NCBI GenBank assembly: GCA_041690595.1
Contig: JAWLHB010000042.1
Coordinates: 1 to 64,000 of the forward strand
Source of the DNA: Lentisphaeria bacterium
GTDB taxonomy: Bacteria; Verrucomicrobiota; Lentisphaeria; JABSQK01; JAWLHB01
Length of the DNA: 64,000 nucleotides
Direction of reading: 5' to 3'
Part shown: in pieces, positions 40,563-50,657 of the stretch
Numbering within the stretch: position 1 is the first letter of the stretch
Layout of the letters: the number at the start of each line of letters is the position of its first letter
Position numbers and translations under genes: made by a program
Notes under the pieces: model-generated
Databases searched by the model: none
The model's input: only the letters and a program-made list of their open reading frames with translations
Told to the model about the DNA's origin: nothing

Positions 40563-40682
40563 GGCATAGCACCCGAGAATGCCCTGAAGGGGCATCGTCC
40601 CCCAGCCCAGGGTTGGACCCTCCAAAGGAGGGAACTACCCTGGGTATCCTGTCCCACACGCATCAACCCCAACGGGGTTGCG
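40563..40682. repeat. REP-like palindromic element, copy 2 (longer)
   Basis: Near-identical to 40360-40461 plus extra hairpin CAACCCCAACGGGGTTG. Confidence 0.75.
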
Positions 40683-40790
40683 TCCGCCGCGCCTCTCTTT
40701 TGCGAGAGACATCGATCACCTCAGGTGCCGATCCGTCCGATCCGTCCGATTCGTCCGACCTGACCGCGGAAAGACTTCCGCCGCGGGGTA

Positions 40791-41639
40791 CTAGTCTGAC
40801 CGGGAAGCGGCCGTTGCGAGTGTGGCGTAGAGGGAGAGGGGGATGTGGAGATTGCCTTTGCCTACGCCGAGTGAGATGCCCGGGGAACGGCCGCCATGGA
40901 AGTCACTGCCGCCACTCACCAGCAAACCGCACTTGCGGGCGGATTCCTGAACCTGGATCACCTGCTCGGCGGTGTAATAGGGATAGTAGGCTTCCAGTCC
41001 ATCCAGACCCATCGCCTTCAGTTGTTGCGCCATGCGGACAAGCTTGGATTTCTGCCGCTTGTTGAGCCCTGTCGGATGTGCCCAGACCGCCAGCCCGCCG
41101 GCGCGGTGAATCGCCTCGATGGCGTGGTTGGCCATTGGCAGGTCGAGCGTGCAATAAGCGGGCTTTCCGCGCCCCAGGTAACGATCGAAAGCTGCTTGCG
41201 GATGATCGCAGATGCCCCGCGCCACCAGCGCCTGAGCGATGTGGCTTCGACAGATCAGCGTACTGTCCGCACACGCTTCCACTTCCTCCATGGACAGCTC
41301 GATTCCCTGACCGGAGAGGTGACGCAGCATCATGCGATTGCGCAGGCGGCGATTGGCGCGGATCTGCCGCAGGAGTGCCAGCAGGTCACTGTCGTGATGA
41401 TCGATGAAGAGCCCCAGAATATGGATCGGCGAAGCATGGAGACGGGTGGAGACTTCGACACCGGCCACCAGCACGATGGAAGCGCCTTCTCCCGCGGCGA
41501 GAAACTCTGGAATCCCTCCCACCGTATCGTGATCCGTCAACGCCAGCACGCTGAGGTCGGCGGCAAGGCCAGCATGCACCAACTCGGCAGGCGTGAAGGT
41601 GCCGTCTGAGGCGGTACTATGCGTGTGGAGATCAACCAT
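40791..41639 (-). CDS. PHP domain metal-dependent phosphoesterase (TrpH/YciV-like)
   Basis: DLHTHSTASDG, LTDHDT, GVEVS, WAHP, GGSDFHG. Confidence 0.93.
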   Translation of the reverse strand: MVDLHTHSTASDGTFTPAELVHAGLAADLSVLALTDHDTVGGIPEFLAAGEGASIVLVAGVEVSTRLHASPIHILGLFIDHHDSDLLALLRQIRANRRLRNRMMLRHLSGQGIELSMEEVEACADSTLICRSHIAQALVARGICDHPQAAFDRYLGRGKPAYCTLDLPMANHAIEAIHRAGGLAVWAHPTGLNKRQKSKLVRMAQQLKAMGLDGLEAYYPYYTAEQVIQVQESARKCGLLVSGGSDFHGGRSPGISLGVGKGNLHIPLSLYATLATAASRSD

Positions 41640-41649
41640 GCCGCGACCG

Positions 41650-42567
41650 TTACTCGGCAGCGGCCGGCTCCTGATTGGGAACTGGGGTGATCTGGAGACC
41701 ACCAGCCGCCGGGGCATTATTGGGGACTGGCGTGATCTGCAGACCACCAGCGGCCGGCTCCTGATTGGGGACCGGGGTGATCTGGAGACCTGAGTCAGCG
41801 TCCGGAGCTTGTGGTTCTTCTTCTGTCGCGATGTCCACCCAGGCTTCCGCTGGCAGGATCTTGATCTGGCTCATCAGCTCCTGAGCGGACTCCTTTGCCT
41901 CTTCCGCGATGGGCGCGGCGAGGATGTCTTCCAGAAGCTTCTTGGCCTCATCCACCTTCTGGAGCGCGAGCGCACAGAGCGCGGCCCGGTACTTGGCCTG
42001 ATTTACAAGAACGGCATCCTGAGTAGTGTCGGCATAGGTCCCGACGGCAAGGAATTTGTCCATGGCCTTCTGGTAATCACCCAGTTCGACCAGAGCATTT
42101 GCTTCGCCGATCATCGCCTGTGCGGCAAAGTCGCGTTGGTCGCCATGCGTCTCCACGAAGGCGGCAAACCGTTGACGCGCCACTTCAAAATTGCCCATCA
42201 TGAACTCCGTGCGGGCGAGATGGAAATCGGCGGCGGCGGCGGCGGGGGAACCTGAATGATCATCGAGAACGGCCAGGAGTTTGGCTTTGCGCTCGTCCAG
42301 CTTCTGTACACGCTCTTCTCCGAACGCATATTCGGCGCCATTGTCGAGGGCGGCCGCCAGAGAGGCGTATCCCTTGGCCTTGGCTTCGCGGGCGGAGCCG
42401 CGCATGTTGGCGATGATGATGAGGGCAACCAGCAAGACCGCAATGACGATCAGGGCCGGCAAGAGCATGCGCTTGATCTTCAAGATGATAGAGATGACAT
42501 GATGCTCTGCCTTGCTCGGCAGCACCGCAGCCTGTTCAATGCGATCCGAAAGCTCTTTCTGTTCCAT
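41650..42567 (-). CDS. Membrane-anchored TPR protein (YfgM-like) with C-terminal tandem repeats
   Basis: Single TM helix, TPR helices, three GLQITPVPN repeats. Confidence 0.8.
   Translation of the reverse strand: MEQKELSDRIEQAAVLPSKAEHHVISIILKIKRMLLPALIVIAVLLVALIIIANMRGSAREAKAKGYASLAAALDNGAEYAFGEERVQKLDERKAKLLAVLDDHSGSPAAAAADFHLARTEFMMGNFEVARQRFAAFVETHGDQRDFAAQAMIGEANALVELGDYQKAMDKFLAVGTYADTTQDAVLVNQAKYRAALCALALQKVDEAKKLLEDILAAPIAEEAKESAQELMSQIKILPAEAWVDIATEEEPQAPDADSGLQITPVPNQEPAAGGLQITPVPNNAPAAGGLQITPVPNQEPAAAE
41656..41790 (-). repeat. 3 x 45-bp coding tandem repeat
   Basis: Units end at 41700, 41745 and 41790 on the + strand; encode GLQITPVPN(QE/NA)PAA(G/A). Confidence 0.92.
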
Positions 42568-42824
42568 CTATATCCTCCTGCGGCGCAGGTAGTCAGTGGT
42601 GAAAAATGTGGGGTCCCTCCGGCACGCGCGCGAGGCAGAGGTGCCAGAAAAGGAAAGATATCGCTTATTCAGTGAAACGCAACGGTGAGCAGGAGCTTTT
42701 TACCGCGACGGCTCCTGATGGATGCCGATGTCAAGGCTCGCCTTTACTACAGAAACACGCTATCGTAATTGGTCATTTATCTTCTATCCTTTTAAGGTTA
42801 ACCTTCTGAGAGGCCAGTAGTTCC

Positions 42825-43655
42825 ATGAGTATCGATCTTGACAAGTTGCCGCGATTGGAGGGTGAGTACAAGCTTTCGTCGGAGGCAATCGAGCAGTACC
42901 AGCGAGATGGCCATGTTCTGCTTCGCGGCGTGTGCAGCCGCGCCGAGATTGAAGCTTATCGTCCCGAAATAGCCCGCATGGTTGAGGCTCATCGGGCGAC
43001 GCGGCCCCCTTTGGACGAGCGCGATACCTATGGCAGGGCCTTCATCCAGGTGAGCAATCTCTGGGAGTTTGACGATGCCTGCGCCAAGTTCGCTCTGGCC
43101 CGTCGCTTCGCGAAGATCGCGGCGGAGTTGATGCAGGTAGATGGCGTACGGATGTACCACGACCAGGCGTTATGCAAGGAACCCGGCGGTGGTCACACGC
43201 CGTGGCATCAGGACCAGCATTACTGGCCGCTGGCGACCGACAATACCATCACCATGTGGATGCCGCTGGTTCCGGTGAGTGAAGAGATGGGGACCATGAA
43301 CTTCGCCAGTGGTTCTCATCAGGAAGGTTATCTGGGAGACATGCCCATCTCTGACGAGTCGGAGCAGAAGTTCCAGGATTTTGTCAAGGCGAAGGGCTTC
43401 ACTGTCGTCAATGCCGGAGAGATGGCTCCGGGCGATGCCACCTTCCATTCCGGGTGGACCCTGCACAGCGCCCCCGGCAATGCCAGCGATCGCGCCCGCG
43501 AAGTGATGACCATTATCTGGTTTGAAAATGGTACACGACTGATGACGCCCGACAACCGTAACCGGGAAAACGACCTCCAGCGCTGGATCCCGGGGCAGCA
43601 CCCGGGTGAAGTGGCTGCCAGCAAGCTGAACCCGCTTCTGTACGCGCGCGATTGA
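42825..43655 (+). CDS. Phytanoyl-CoA dioxygenase (PhyH) family Fe(II)/2OG oxygenase
   Basis: YQRDG, TPWHQD, GSH, FHSGWTLHSA, R. Confidence 0.9.
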   Translation: MSIDLDKLPRLEGEYKLSSEAIEQYQRDGHVLLRGVCSRAEIEAYRPEIARMVEAHRATRPPLDERDTYGRAFIQVSNLWEFDDACAKFALARRFAKIAAELMQVDGVRMYHDQALCKEPGGGHTPWHQDQHYWPLATDNTITMWMPLVPVSEEMGTMNFASGSHQEGYLGDMPISDESEQKFQDFVKAKGFTVVNAGEMAPGDATFHSGWTLHSAPGNASDRAREVMTIIWFENGTRLMTPDNRNRENDLQRWIPGQHPGEVAASKLNPLLYARD

Positions 43656-43747
43656 GGCGATTACGCCACTCGTATCGACTGCTCCAGCCTTGAGTTTTGG
43701 CGTCGCGGCGATATCTTGAACGACATGCAGCCAACGACGGAGCTATC

Positions 43748-45172
43748 ATGAAACGAGAGTTGATCAAATACGTTCTCGCGCGCGGAGACTTCGGGGCGCA
43801 GGTTCGCGTTGCAGGATGGGTTCGCACCCGGCGCGACAGCAAGGGCTTCTCCTTTCTTGAGTTGTATGACGGATCGTGTTTCGCCAGCTTGCAGATCGTC
43901 GCCGATCAAGGATTGGCAAACTATGCCGACGAGGTGCTGCGGCTGACCACGGGCAGCTCCGTGATGGTTGACGGGGAGCTGGTGCAGTCACCCGGCAAGG
44001 GGCAGGCCGTGGAGGTGAAGGCGACGGCGGTGACGGTGCATGGATTTGCCGATCCTGAAAGCTATCCGCTGCAGAAGAAGCGGGTCTCGCTGGAGCGGTT
44101 GCGGGAGATCGCCCACCTGCGCGCGCGCACCAATACCTTCGGCGCGGTCACCCGCATACGCAATGCCCTGGCGACGGCGACCCATTCCTTCTTCCAGAGC
44201 AACGATTTTCTCTACGTGCAGACGCCGATCATCACCGCCAGTGACTGTGAAGGCGCTGGCGAGATGTTTCAGGTGACGACGCTGGATCCCGCCGCACCGC
44301 CGCGAACCGCCGACGGCAATGTCGACTATGGACAGGACTTCTTCTGTCGCCCCGCCTTCCTGACTGTGAGCGGTCAGCTGGAGGGCGAAGCATATGCCTG
44401 TTGCCTTGATCGCATTTATACCTTCGGGCCGACCTTTCGGGCGGAGAACTCCAATACACGACGCCACCTGGCGGAGTTCTGGATGATCGAACCGGAGATG
44501 GCTTTTGCCGACCTCGCTGACGATGCCGATCTCGCTGAGGCTTATATCCGTCACTTGTTTCGCCACGTCCTGTCGAGCTGCGGCGATGACCTGCGGTTCT
44601 GCGATCAGTGGGTGGAAAAGGGGCTGCTGGCGCGGCTCGAGTCCCTGGCTGACTGCGACTTCCATCGGCTGCCGTACACGGAGGCGGTGGCGTTGCTGAT
44701 GAAAGAGGGCCGCGACTTCGAGTTCCCCGTCTCCTGGGGCTGCGATCTCCAGGCGGAACACGAGCGGTATCTGACGGAGAAGCTCTTCGAGAAGCCGGTC
44801 ATCATCACCGATTTTCCCGAAGCGATCAAGGCTTTCTACATGCGCCTCAATGACGACGGCAAAACCGTCGCCGCGATGGACGTGCTGTTGCCGGGGATTG
44901 GCGAGATCATCGGTGGCAGTCAGCGGGAAGATCGCCTGGATGTTCTCCAGCAACGGCTGGTGGCCAAAGATCTGGACCCGGAAGCGTATTGGTGGTATCT
45001 GGATCTGCGGCGATATGGGAGCGTTCCCCACGCCGGTTTTGGCCTCGGATTCGAACGCATGGTTCAGTTCTGCACGGGCATGCAGAATATCCGCGATGTC
45101 ATACCCTTTCCTCGTACGCCGCGGCATGCGGGATTCCAGCGGGGCGGAGCAGCGGAGGATGCCGAGCAGTGA
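43748..45172 (+). CDS. asnS: Asparagine--tRNA ligase
   Basis: [48 protein letters not shown]. Confidence 0.97.
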   Translation: MKRELIKYVLARGDFGAQVRVAGWVRTRRDSKGFSFLELYDGSCFASLQIVADQGLANYADEVLRLTTGSSVMVDGELVQSPGKGQAVEVKATAVTVHGFADPESYPLQKKRVSLERLREIAHLRARTNTFGAVTRIRNALATATHSFFQSNDFLYVQTPIITASDCEGAGEMFQVTTLDPAAPPRTADGNVDYGQDFFCRPAFLTVSGQLEGEAYACCLDRIYTFGPTFRAENSNTRRHLAEFWMIEPEMAFADLADDADLAEAYIRHLFRHVLSSCGDDLRFCDQWVEKGLLARLESLADCDFHRLPYTEAVALLMKEGRDFEFPVSWGCDLQAEHERYLTEKLFEKPVIITDFPEAIKAFYMRLNDDGKTVAAMDVLLPGIGEIIGGSQREDRLDVLQQRLVAKDLDPEAYWWYLDLRRYGSVPHAGFGLGFERMVQFCTGMQNIRDVIPFPRTPRHAGFQRGGAAEDAEQ

Positions 45173-46065
45173 TCCGCCTGAAGAACCTTCCCGTGGTCTG
45201 CAGGCGTGGCCTGCACGAGACGCGTCTGGCGTGGCGCTGCCGTATCGCTCCCGGCAAGGTCGAGCGGCCCGTATTCATTGTCGGTTGCGGCCGGTCGGGA
45301 ACGACGATTCTGGGAAAGTGCCTGAGCCTGCATCCAGACATCACCTATTTGAACGAACCTCGTGACTTGTGGCGCCATGCGCTGGTGACGACAGATTATA
45401 TTTCGTATCGGGCTTGGCGGGACGGGACCTACAAGCTGGATATGTATGCCGCCGATGCGACGGTGCGCAGCGGGCCGCGCCTCCATGCCCTCTTCGCCCA
45501 TGAGGTGCGCCGGCATGGGGGCAGGCAGTTGATCGAAAAGACCCCCATCAATTCGTTGCGGATGGATCTGGTGAAGGCGCTTTTTCCGGACTGCATTTTC
45601 ATCCATATCTGTCGTCATCCACTGGAGGTGGCGAACTCGATTGCGGTGCAGACGGAGCGGGGGCTGTGGTGGGGCAGTCACGACATCAAGAAGCATCAGA
45701 TAAAGCGCTATGCCGAAACGGTTTGGAAGTTGGGAGATGTGGTCTCCAGTTGTACGACCGACCGGGACTTCGCGCTGATCGAGTGGCGCGTCTATACCTC
45801 GGCTGTGCGAGAGGCGTTTGCGGCCATGCCGTCTAGCCGCTATCTGGAGATTTCGTATGATGATCTGCTGGACGATGCAGGTGGCACAATCCATCGGCTG
45901 CTCTCCTTCATGGATCTGCCGGATCACGAGGATACGCTGGCCTATGCACGCAGTGAGGTCAAGCGCCGCACGCGGGCTCTGGGTGCCACCGACTGCACCG
46001 CGCGCGAGCGTTTCCTGGCCGGACCGCTCCTCGACGCGCTCTTTCCGAGCACGGTCGGCCGTTGA
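45169..46065 (+). CDS. PAPS-dependent sulfotransferase family protein
   Basis: 5'[17 protein letters not shown], 3'[14 protein letters not shown] start overlaps asnS stop (GTGA). Confidence 0.88.
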   Translation: MIRLKNLPVVCRRGLHETRLAWRCRIAPGKVERPVFIVGCGRSGTTILGKCLSLHPDITYLNEPRDLWRHALVTTDYISYRAWRDGTYKLDMYAADATVRSGPRLHALFAHEVRRHGGRQLIEKTPINSLRMDLVKALFPDCIFIHICRHPLEVANSIAVQTERGLWWGSHDIKKHQIKRYAETVWKLGDVVSSCTTDRDFALIEWRVYTSAVREAFAAMPSSRYLEISYDDLLDDAGGTIHRLLSFMDLPDHEDTLAYARSEVKRRTRALGATDCTARERFLAGPLLDALFPSTVGR

Positions 46066-46113
46066 TGGTGGATAATCGAGGGCTGCAATGATTACGCACG
46101 AGCGGGGGCACGC

Positions 46114-47658
46114 GTGACAAATAACGGAGGGAGCAATCTGCGACTCCGGGCGATAGCCGGCATCAAATGGGCCATGATCGGGACCATCGGCAATCGCGTG
46201 CTGGGCTTCGGCCTCGGGCTGATCCTGGCAAATATTCTGGCGCCCGAGTATTTTGGGGCTCTGGCGATGATCACGGTCTTCACGGGCTTCGCCGCCCAGG
46301 TGCTTAATTTCGGCCTGCCGAGTGCGCTGATCTGCCGAAAGGAGGTGGATGAGGAGCATTACATGTCGGCCTTCTGGTGCAATATCGTCCTCAGCCTCGG
46401 CATGGGGACGGCTTTCTATCTGGCTGCGCCCGCCATCGCCCGCTTCTACGTGATGCCCGAGGAGGTGCTTGTCTGGCCCGCGCGTGTCATGGCTCTGGTC
46501 TTCCTCTTCGAAGCGCTGCAGTTTGTACCGTGGACCATACTCAACAAGCAGTTGCGGTTTCGCGCGCTGACGATCATCGTGAGCATCTCCACGCTGAGCG
46601 GGACGATCCTTGCCTTGATCATGGCGCTCCGCGGGTTTGGCTTGTGGGCGCTGGTTGCGGAGCAGGTGATCGGCACCGGGGTGAATGCGGCCCTAATGAT
46701 CGGCTTCACGCGCTGGCGGCCCCGCTTTCGCTTCAACTTGAAGAAGCTGAAGGAACTGCTGCGATTCGGAGTGAATGTGACGCTGGGGGCGTTGTTGCTG
46801 CGCTTTGGCGGAAATATCGATACGTTGCTCATCGGCAAGCTGCAGGGGGCCTCGCCGGTAGGTGTCTACAATCGCTGTTTTATGTTGATGATGCTGCCGC
46901 GCAACACCATTGTCGTCAGCCTGGTTCGGGTGATGTCGCCGATGATGGCTGAGCTTCATGAGGAACCGGAGCAGGTTTCGCGTTATTTTCTGCGGATATT
47001 CGGCATCGGCTTCCTGCTGATCTGCCCGCCGATGGTGATGCTGGCGTTGAGCGCGGACCATGTAGTCAACGCGCTCTGGGGGCCGAAATGGGTGGGGATG
47101 ATCCCGCTCCTGCCGGTAATGGCGATGGTGGGGGTGGTGCGTCTTTTCGGCCCGATGTGTCGTTCGGTGCTCTTGACGCAGAATCGTAGCGGCTTGACTC
47201 TGCTGATCAGCGGCATCGTGGTCTTCGGCAACACGGCGGGAATTGTCATTGGACTGCGGTGGGGACTGATCGGGGTTGCCTGGGGGCTGTTGATCAGCGA
47301 AGTTGTGCTGCTGGCGCCGATTGCACGGATTACGCTGCCATTTATGAAGATGCCTCTGCTCCGGCCGCTCCAGGCCATCCAGGGCATCCTTGGTTGCACC
47401 TTGCTGATGGCACTTGCCATGGGGGCGATCAGGCTGGCGCTGCCGGAGGCGTGGCCCTTGCCGCCTTTCGCGTTGCCCGAGGTACTGGCGCGTCGCTGGT
47501 CACCGCTGCTCAATCTGCTGGTGCTCAATGCGAGCGGCGGTTTGCTGCTCCTGGGGCTGTTGTGGCTTTTCCGGGTGGATATGTTTACGTCGCTGGTGCG
47601 CCTGATACGCGGCGGAGGCGGAATGAACATCAGGCAGCGGCTGCGGGAAAACGGGTGA
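46114..47658 (+). CDS. wzx: Polysaccharide flippase (Wzx/WzxC-like)
   Basis: ILAPEYFG, many TM helices, GFGLWALV, DTLLIGK...VGVYNR. Confidence 0.85.
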   Translation: MTNNGGSNLRLRAIAGIKWAMIGTIGNRVLGFGLGLILANILAPEYFGALAMITVFTGFAAQVLNFGLPSALICRKEVDEEHYMSAFWCNIVLSLGMGTAFYLAAPAIARFYVMPEEVLVWPARVMALVFLFEALQFVPWTILNKQLRFRALTIIVSISTLSGTILALIMALRGFGLWALVAEQVIGTGVNAALMIGFTRWRPRFRFNLKKLKELLRFGVNVTLGALLLRFGGNIDTLLIGKLQGASPVGVYNRCFMLMMLPRNTIVVSLVRVMSPMMAELHEEPEQVSRYFLRIFGIGFLLICPPMVMLALSADHVVNALWGPKWVGMIPLLPVMAMVGVVRLFGPMCRSVLLTQNRSGLTLLISGIVVFGNTAGIVIGLRWGLIGVAWGLLISEVVLLAPIARITLPFMKMPLLRPLQAIQGILGCTLLMALAMGAIRLALPEAWPLPPFALPEVLARRWSPLLNLLVLNASGGLLLLGLLWLFRVDMFTSLVRLIRGGGGMNIRQRLRENG

Positions 47659-47662
47659 GCGA

Positions 47663-48997
47663 TCAGATCTGGCGAACATGGCCGTCGATGATCTGACGGG
47701 TAGGGATGACCGTAACGAGGTCCGCGGGAACGCCCGGGACAGGCTTGTCGCTGACGAGAAGGACGCGGGTGCCCATGCCGGTGGCGCGGAGTGCCTGGAC
47801 CAGGGCGAGTCGGTCGTCATTCCATTCCAGCAGGACGATCAGGGAGGCGCTGATCTCGCCGATCTCCCGGATCAGCTCTTCGGGCAGCCCGGGGAAGTCG
47901 CTGGTGCTTTCATGTATGGAAGCGAGCAGGGAGAGGACGGTCTGCAGGTAGCTCTGGCCGCGTCCGCCGCCACCACGCAGCGGGGGCACGCCGAGGGCGA
48001 AGAAGTCGATTCGGTAGTCCATGCGTACCATGTAATCGACCATGGCGGCCGTCAGGGAGATTGCGGCTTCAAACTGGTTGTTGCGGCGACGCAGAGCCTG
48101 GAGCCAGATGGGCCTCGGCTCGGGATAGGTGTCGAGGATGATCGCGATTCGGCACATGTACTCCTCGCGGAACTCCTTGACAATGGGTTGTCTCAGACGC
48201 GCCCACGAGGGGGCATGGATGCGCCGGGGATTATCGCCGTAGCGGTATTCCCGGCAGCCGAAGAACTCCATCGAGCCGCCGCCTTGCTGGATGGGCATCA
48301 TCAACCCCGTTTGATACTTCTGCCCTACCGGCAACTCCACCTTGTTCAGGGGATGGTAGTCGGGATAGATGACGATCGGCTTGTTGGGTTCGCCACACGT
48401 GCCCCAGCGCCACAGGCCAAAGGGAAAGGAGGAATCGGCTCGCGGCTGCGCGAGCTGGTACTCCCCACGCTCATGGGCTTCGACGTAGCCGGCGATACGC
48501 AGCTTTTCGTGAGCCTCCAGGGAGCGGATGAAGGGATAGCCGGCAGGCCGCGTCATGCCGCGGGGAGGGGGGAGCATGTCGAGGTAGATGTTCCAGGCGG
48601 AACACCTTCGCGTATTCTCGACCTGGTAATCGATCCGGATGGGTGTGTGTGCTGGGGCGGACGCCGGGTAATTGCGCACGATCTTCAGCTTCGGACGGAA
48701 GAGGAAACCGATGCAGAAGTTGACGATGTAGAGGCTGATCAGGGCAAAGGCAAAGAGGTAGACGGGCATCAGCGTGGACGTAACGCCGATGAGCGCAATA
48801 ACGCCGGTAAGGAGGAGGAGCAACCCGCCCGCGAGGGTGAAATGGGCATAACAGAAGGCGCGCAGCCAGAGACTCAGCAGGACGTTGGGAGAGCGATAAC
48901 CCTTGATCTTGCGTCCGGGATAATTGAAGAGCGCCGGTCCGTCATAGAAACGCCGGTGCAACAGTCGGTACCACGCGATAGGGTTCAGCTTCGCCAT
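47663..48997 (-). CDS. DUF58 domain protein with N-terminal TM helices
   Basis: RGEY, FPFGL, EFFGCREYRYGD.PRRIHAPSWAR, VKEF; downstream of moxR. Confidence 0.88.
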   Translation of the reverse strand: MAKLNPIAWYRLLHRRFYDGPALFNYPGRKIKGYRSPNVLLSLWLRAFCYAHFTLAGGLLLLLTGVIALIGVTSTLMPVYLFAFALISLYIVNFCIGFLFRPKLKIVRNYPASAPAHTPIRIDYQVENTRRCSAWNIYLDMLPPPRGMTRPAGYPFIRSLEAHEKLRIAGYVEAHERGEYQLAQPRADSSFPFGLWRWGTCGEPNKPIVIYPDYHPLNKVELPVGQKYQTGLMMPIQQGGGSMEFFGCREYRYGDNPRRIHAPSWARLRQPIVKEFREEYMCRIAIILDTYPEPRPIWLQALRRRNNQFEAAISLTAAMVDYMVRMDYRIDFFALGVPPLRGGGGRGQSYLQTVLSLLASIHESTSDFPGLPEELIREIGEISASLIVLLEWNDDRLALVQALRATGMGTRVLLVSDKPVPGVPADLVTVIPTRQIIDGHVRQI

Positions 48998-49016
48998 GGG
49001 CAATGGCGCGGCGGCG

Positions 49017-49997
49017 TCATACAGGCACCGGCACGTTGTCGAGAATTTCTTTGATGACCTGCGCTTTTTCCAGGCCGGAATAGTGAGCCTTGATGTCGAT
49101 GACGATGCGATGTCCGAGGACAACGGGGGCCATGTCGCGTACATCGTCGGGGAGGACGAAGTCCCGGTGGCGCAGGAAGGCGAGTCCCTGGGCGGCGAGG
49201 AAGAGCATGTTGGCGGCACGCGGGCTGGCGCCAAGCTGGAGGCGGCTGTCCATGCGCGTGGCGTGAACAATGGCAATGACGTACTTGCCGACGGATTTTT
49301 CCACGGTGATGTGGCGGATCGAGTGTTGAATCTGCATCCAGGCGTGACAATCGGCCACGGCCTTGACCGCTTCCAGTGGGTGTTTCTGCTTCTGTGCGAA
49401 GAGCATGTTGAGTTCCTGCGCTTCGCTTGGATAGCCGATCTCCAGCCGCATCATGAAGCGATCCAGTTGTGCTTCCGGCAGGGGATAGGTGCCATGGAAC
49501 TCGATCGGGTTCTGAGTGGCGATGACGAGGAACGGCTGGGGAAGCTTGTGGCGGAAGCCTTCCACCGTCGCCTGACCTTCGGTCATGGATTCGAGCAGGG
49601 CCGACTGGGTGCGCGGGGAGGCCCGATTGATCTCGTCGGCGAGCAGGAGGTTGGCGAAGATCGGCCCTTCACGGAAGATGAAGTCACCGGTGGTGGGATT
49701 GTAGATGGAGCCGCCGAGAATATCGGTTGGCAGCATATCCGGCGTGAACTGGATGCGCTTGAACGACGCGTTGAGGGACATGGCGAGAGCTTTGGCAAGC
49801 GTCGTCTTGCCAATTCCCGGCACATCTTCGAGAAGAATGTTGCCGCCACAGAGCAGCCCCACCAGCAGCAGCTCGATCACATCTTCTTTCCCCAGGATGA
49901 CATGGCTGAGGTTGGTGGCGATATCCGCCGCGATGGCACGCAGTGTCTGCCGATCGTGCGCGGGCGCCGTTAAGGGGTCGCTGGCAACTTCGCTCAC
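49017..49997 (-). CDS. moxR: MoxR family AAA+ ATPase
   Basis: EDVPGIGKT, RIQFTPDMLP, DEINRA, ATQNP, PLPEAQLDRF, GASPRA. Confidence 0.95.
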   Translation of the reverse strand: MSEVASDPLTAPAHDRQTLRAIAADIATNLSHVILGKEDVIELLLVGLLCGGNILLEDVPGIGKTTLAKALAMSLNASFKRIQFTPDMLPTDILGGSIYNPTTGDFIFREGPIFANLLLADEINRASPRTQSALLESMTEGQATVEGFRHKLPQPFLVIATQNPIEFHGTYPLPEAQLDRFMMRLEIGYPSEAQELNMLFAQKQKHPLEAVKAVADCHAWMQIQHSIRHITVEKSVGKYVIAIVHATRMDSRLQLGASPRAANMLFLAAQGLAFLRHRDFVLPDDVRDMAPVVLGHRIVIDIKAHYSGLEKAQVIKEILDNVPVPV

Positions 49998-50035
49998 GAG
50001 ATCTCCTGGGGGATGTGTGGTGAGACTGGGACGTC

Positions 50036-50064
50036 TTGACGCTGGGCAGCGCTTGCATTATTAT
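50036..50064 (+). promoter_or_regulatory. sigma70-type promoter upstream of the NUDIX gene
   Basis: TTGACG, 17 bp, TATTAT. Confidence 0.6.
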
Positions 50065-50129
50065 GCAGAGTCCCCAACGTTAGCAAGCAATGTACTTCAA
50101 AACTGGTTGTTTGTCGAGGCTACCGAAGA

Positions 50130-50657
50130 ATGAGTGATCCGGATGAGGTCGTGGAGTTGGTGAATGAAGATGGGGTTGTGATCGGGACGGCCCGTCGCGG
50201 CGACTGCCATGGGAATCCCGAGCTGCTCCATCCGGTGGTACATGTGCTGGTATTCCGAAGCAATGGGGCGCTGATCATGCAGAAGCGCAGCCAGGGCAAG
50301 GATATCTACCCAGGGCTCTGGGACGTTTCCGCCGGCGGTCATCTGCAAGTGGACGAAGAGCCGCGCAAGGGGGCGCCGAGGGAGCTGCGCGAGGAGCTTG
50401 GGATCGACAGTTTTGCGCCGATGCGCTACCTCTACAGTTATATCTGGCGGAGTTCGGTGGAGAGCGAGATGGTCTTCACCTTCAAGTCGTTCTACACGGG
50501 AGGATTTCGTCCCGATCCAGTGGAAGTTGACGAGGTTCGAGAGTTCTCGCGAGAAGAGATTGCGGCCAAGCTGGGCACCGGTTTCTTTACACCGAGCTTC
50601 GAGGGGGAGTGGGAAATGTACACAACGTATGAGCGGGCGAACCCTGAACGCTACTGA
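50130..50657 (+). CDS. NUDIX hydrolase (IDI/YfcD-like)
   Basis: QKRSQGKD.YPG.WD, GGH...RELREELGI. Confidence 0.9.
   Translation: MSDPDEVVELVNEDGVVIGTARRGDCHGNPELLHPVVHVLVFRSNGALIMQKRSQGKDIYPGLWDVSAGGHLQVDEEPRKGAPRELREELGIDSFAPMRYLYSYIWRSSVESEMVFTFKSFYTGGFRPDPVEVDEVREFSREEIAAKLGTGFFTPSFEGEWEMYTTYERANPERY

Noticed and set aside
40360..40682. CRISPR array
   Set aside because: Only two ~100-bp units, the intervening sequence is host gene duplicate, and there are no cas genes.
40156..40948. Diversity-generating retroelement TR/VR pair
   Set aside because: Differences between copies are not adenine-specific, are mostly synonymous, and no reverse transcriptase is present.
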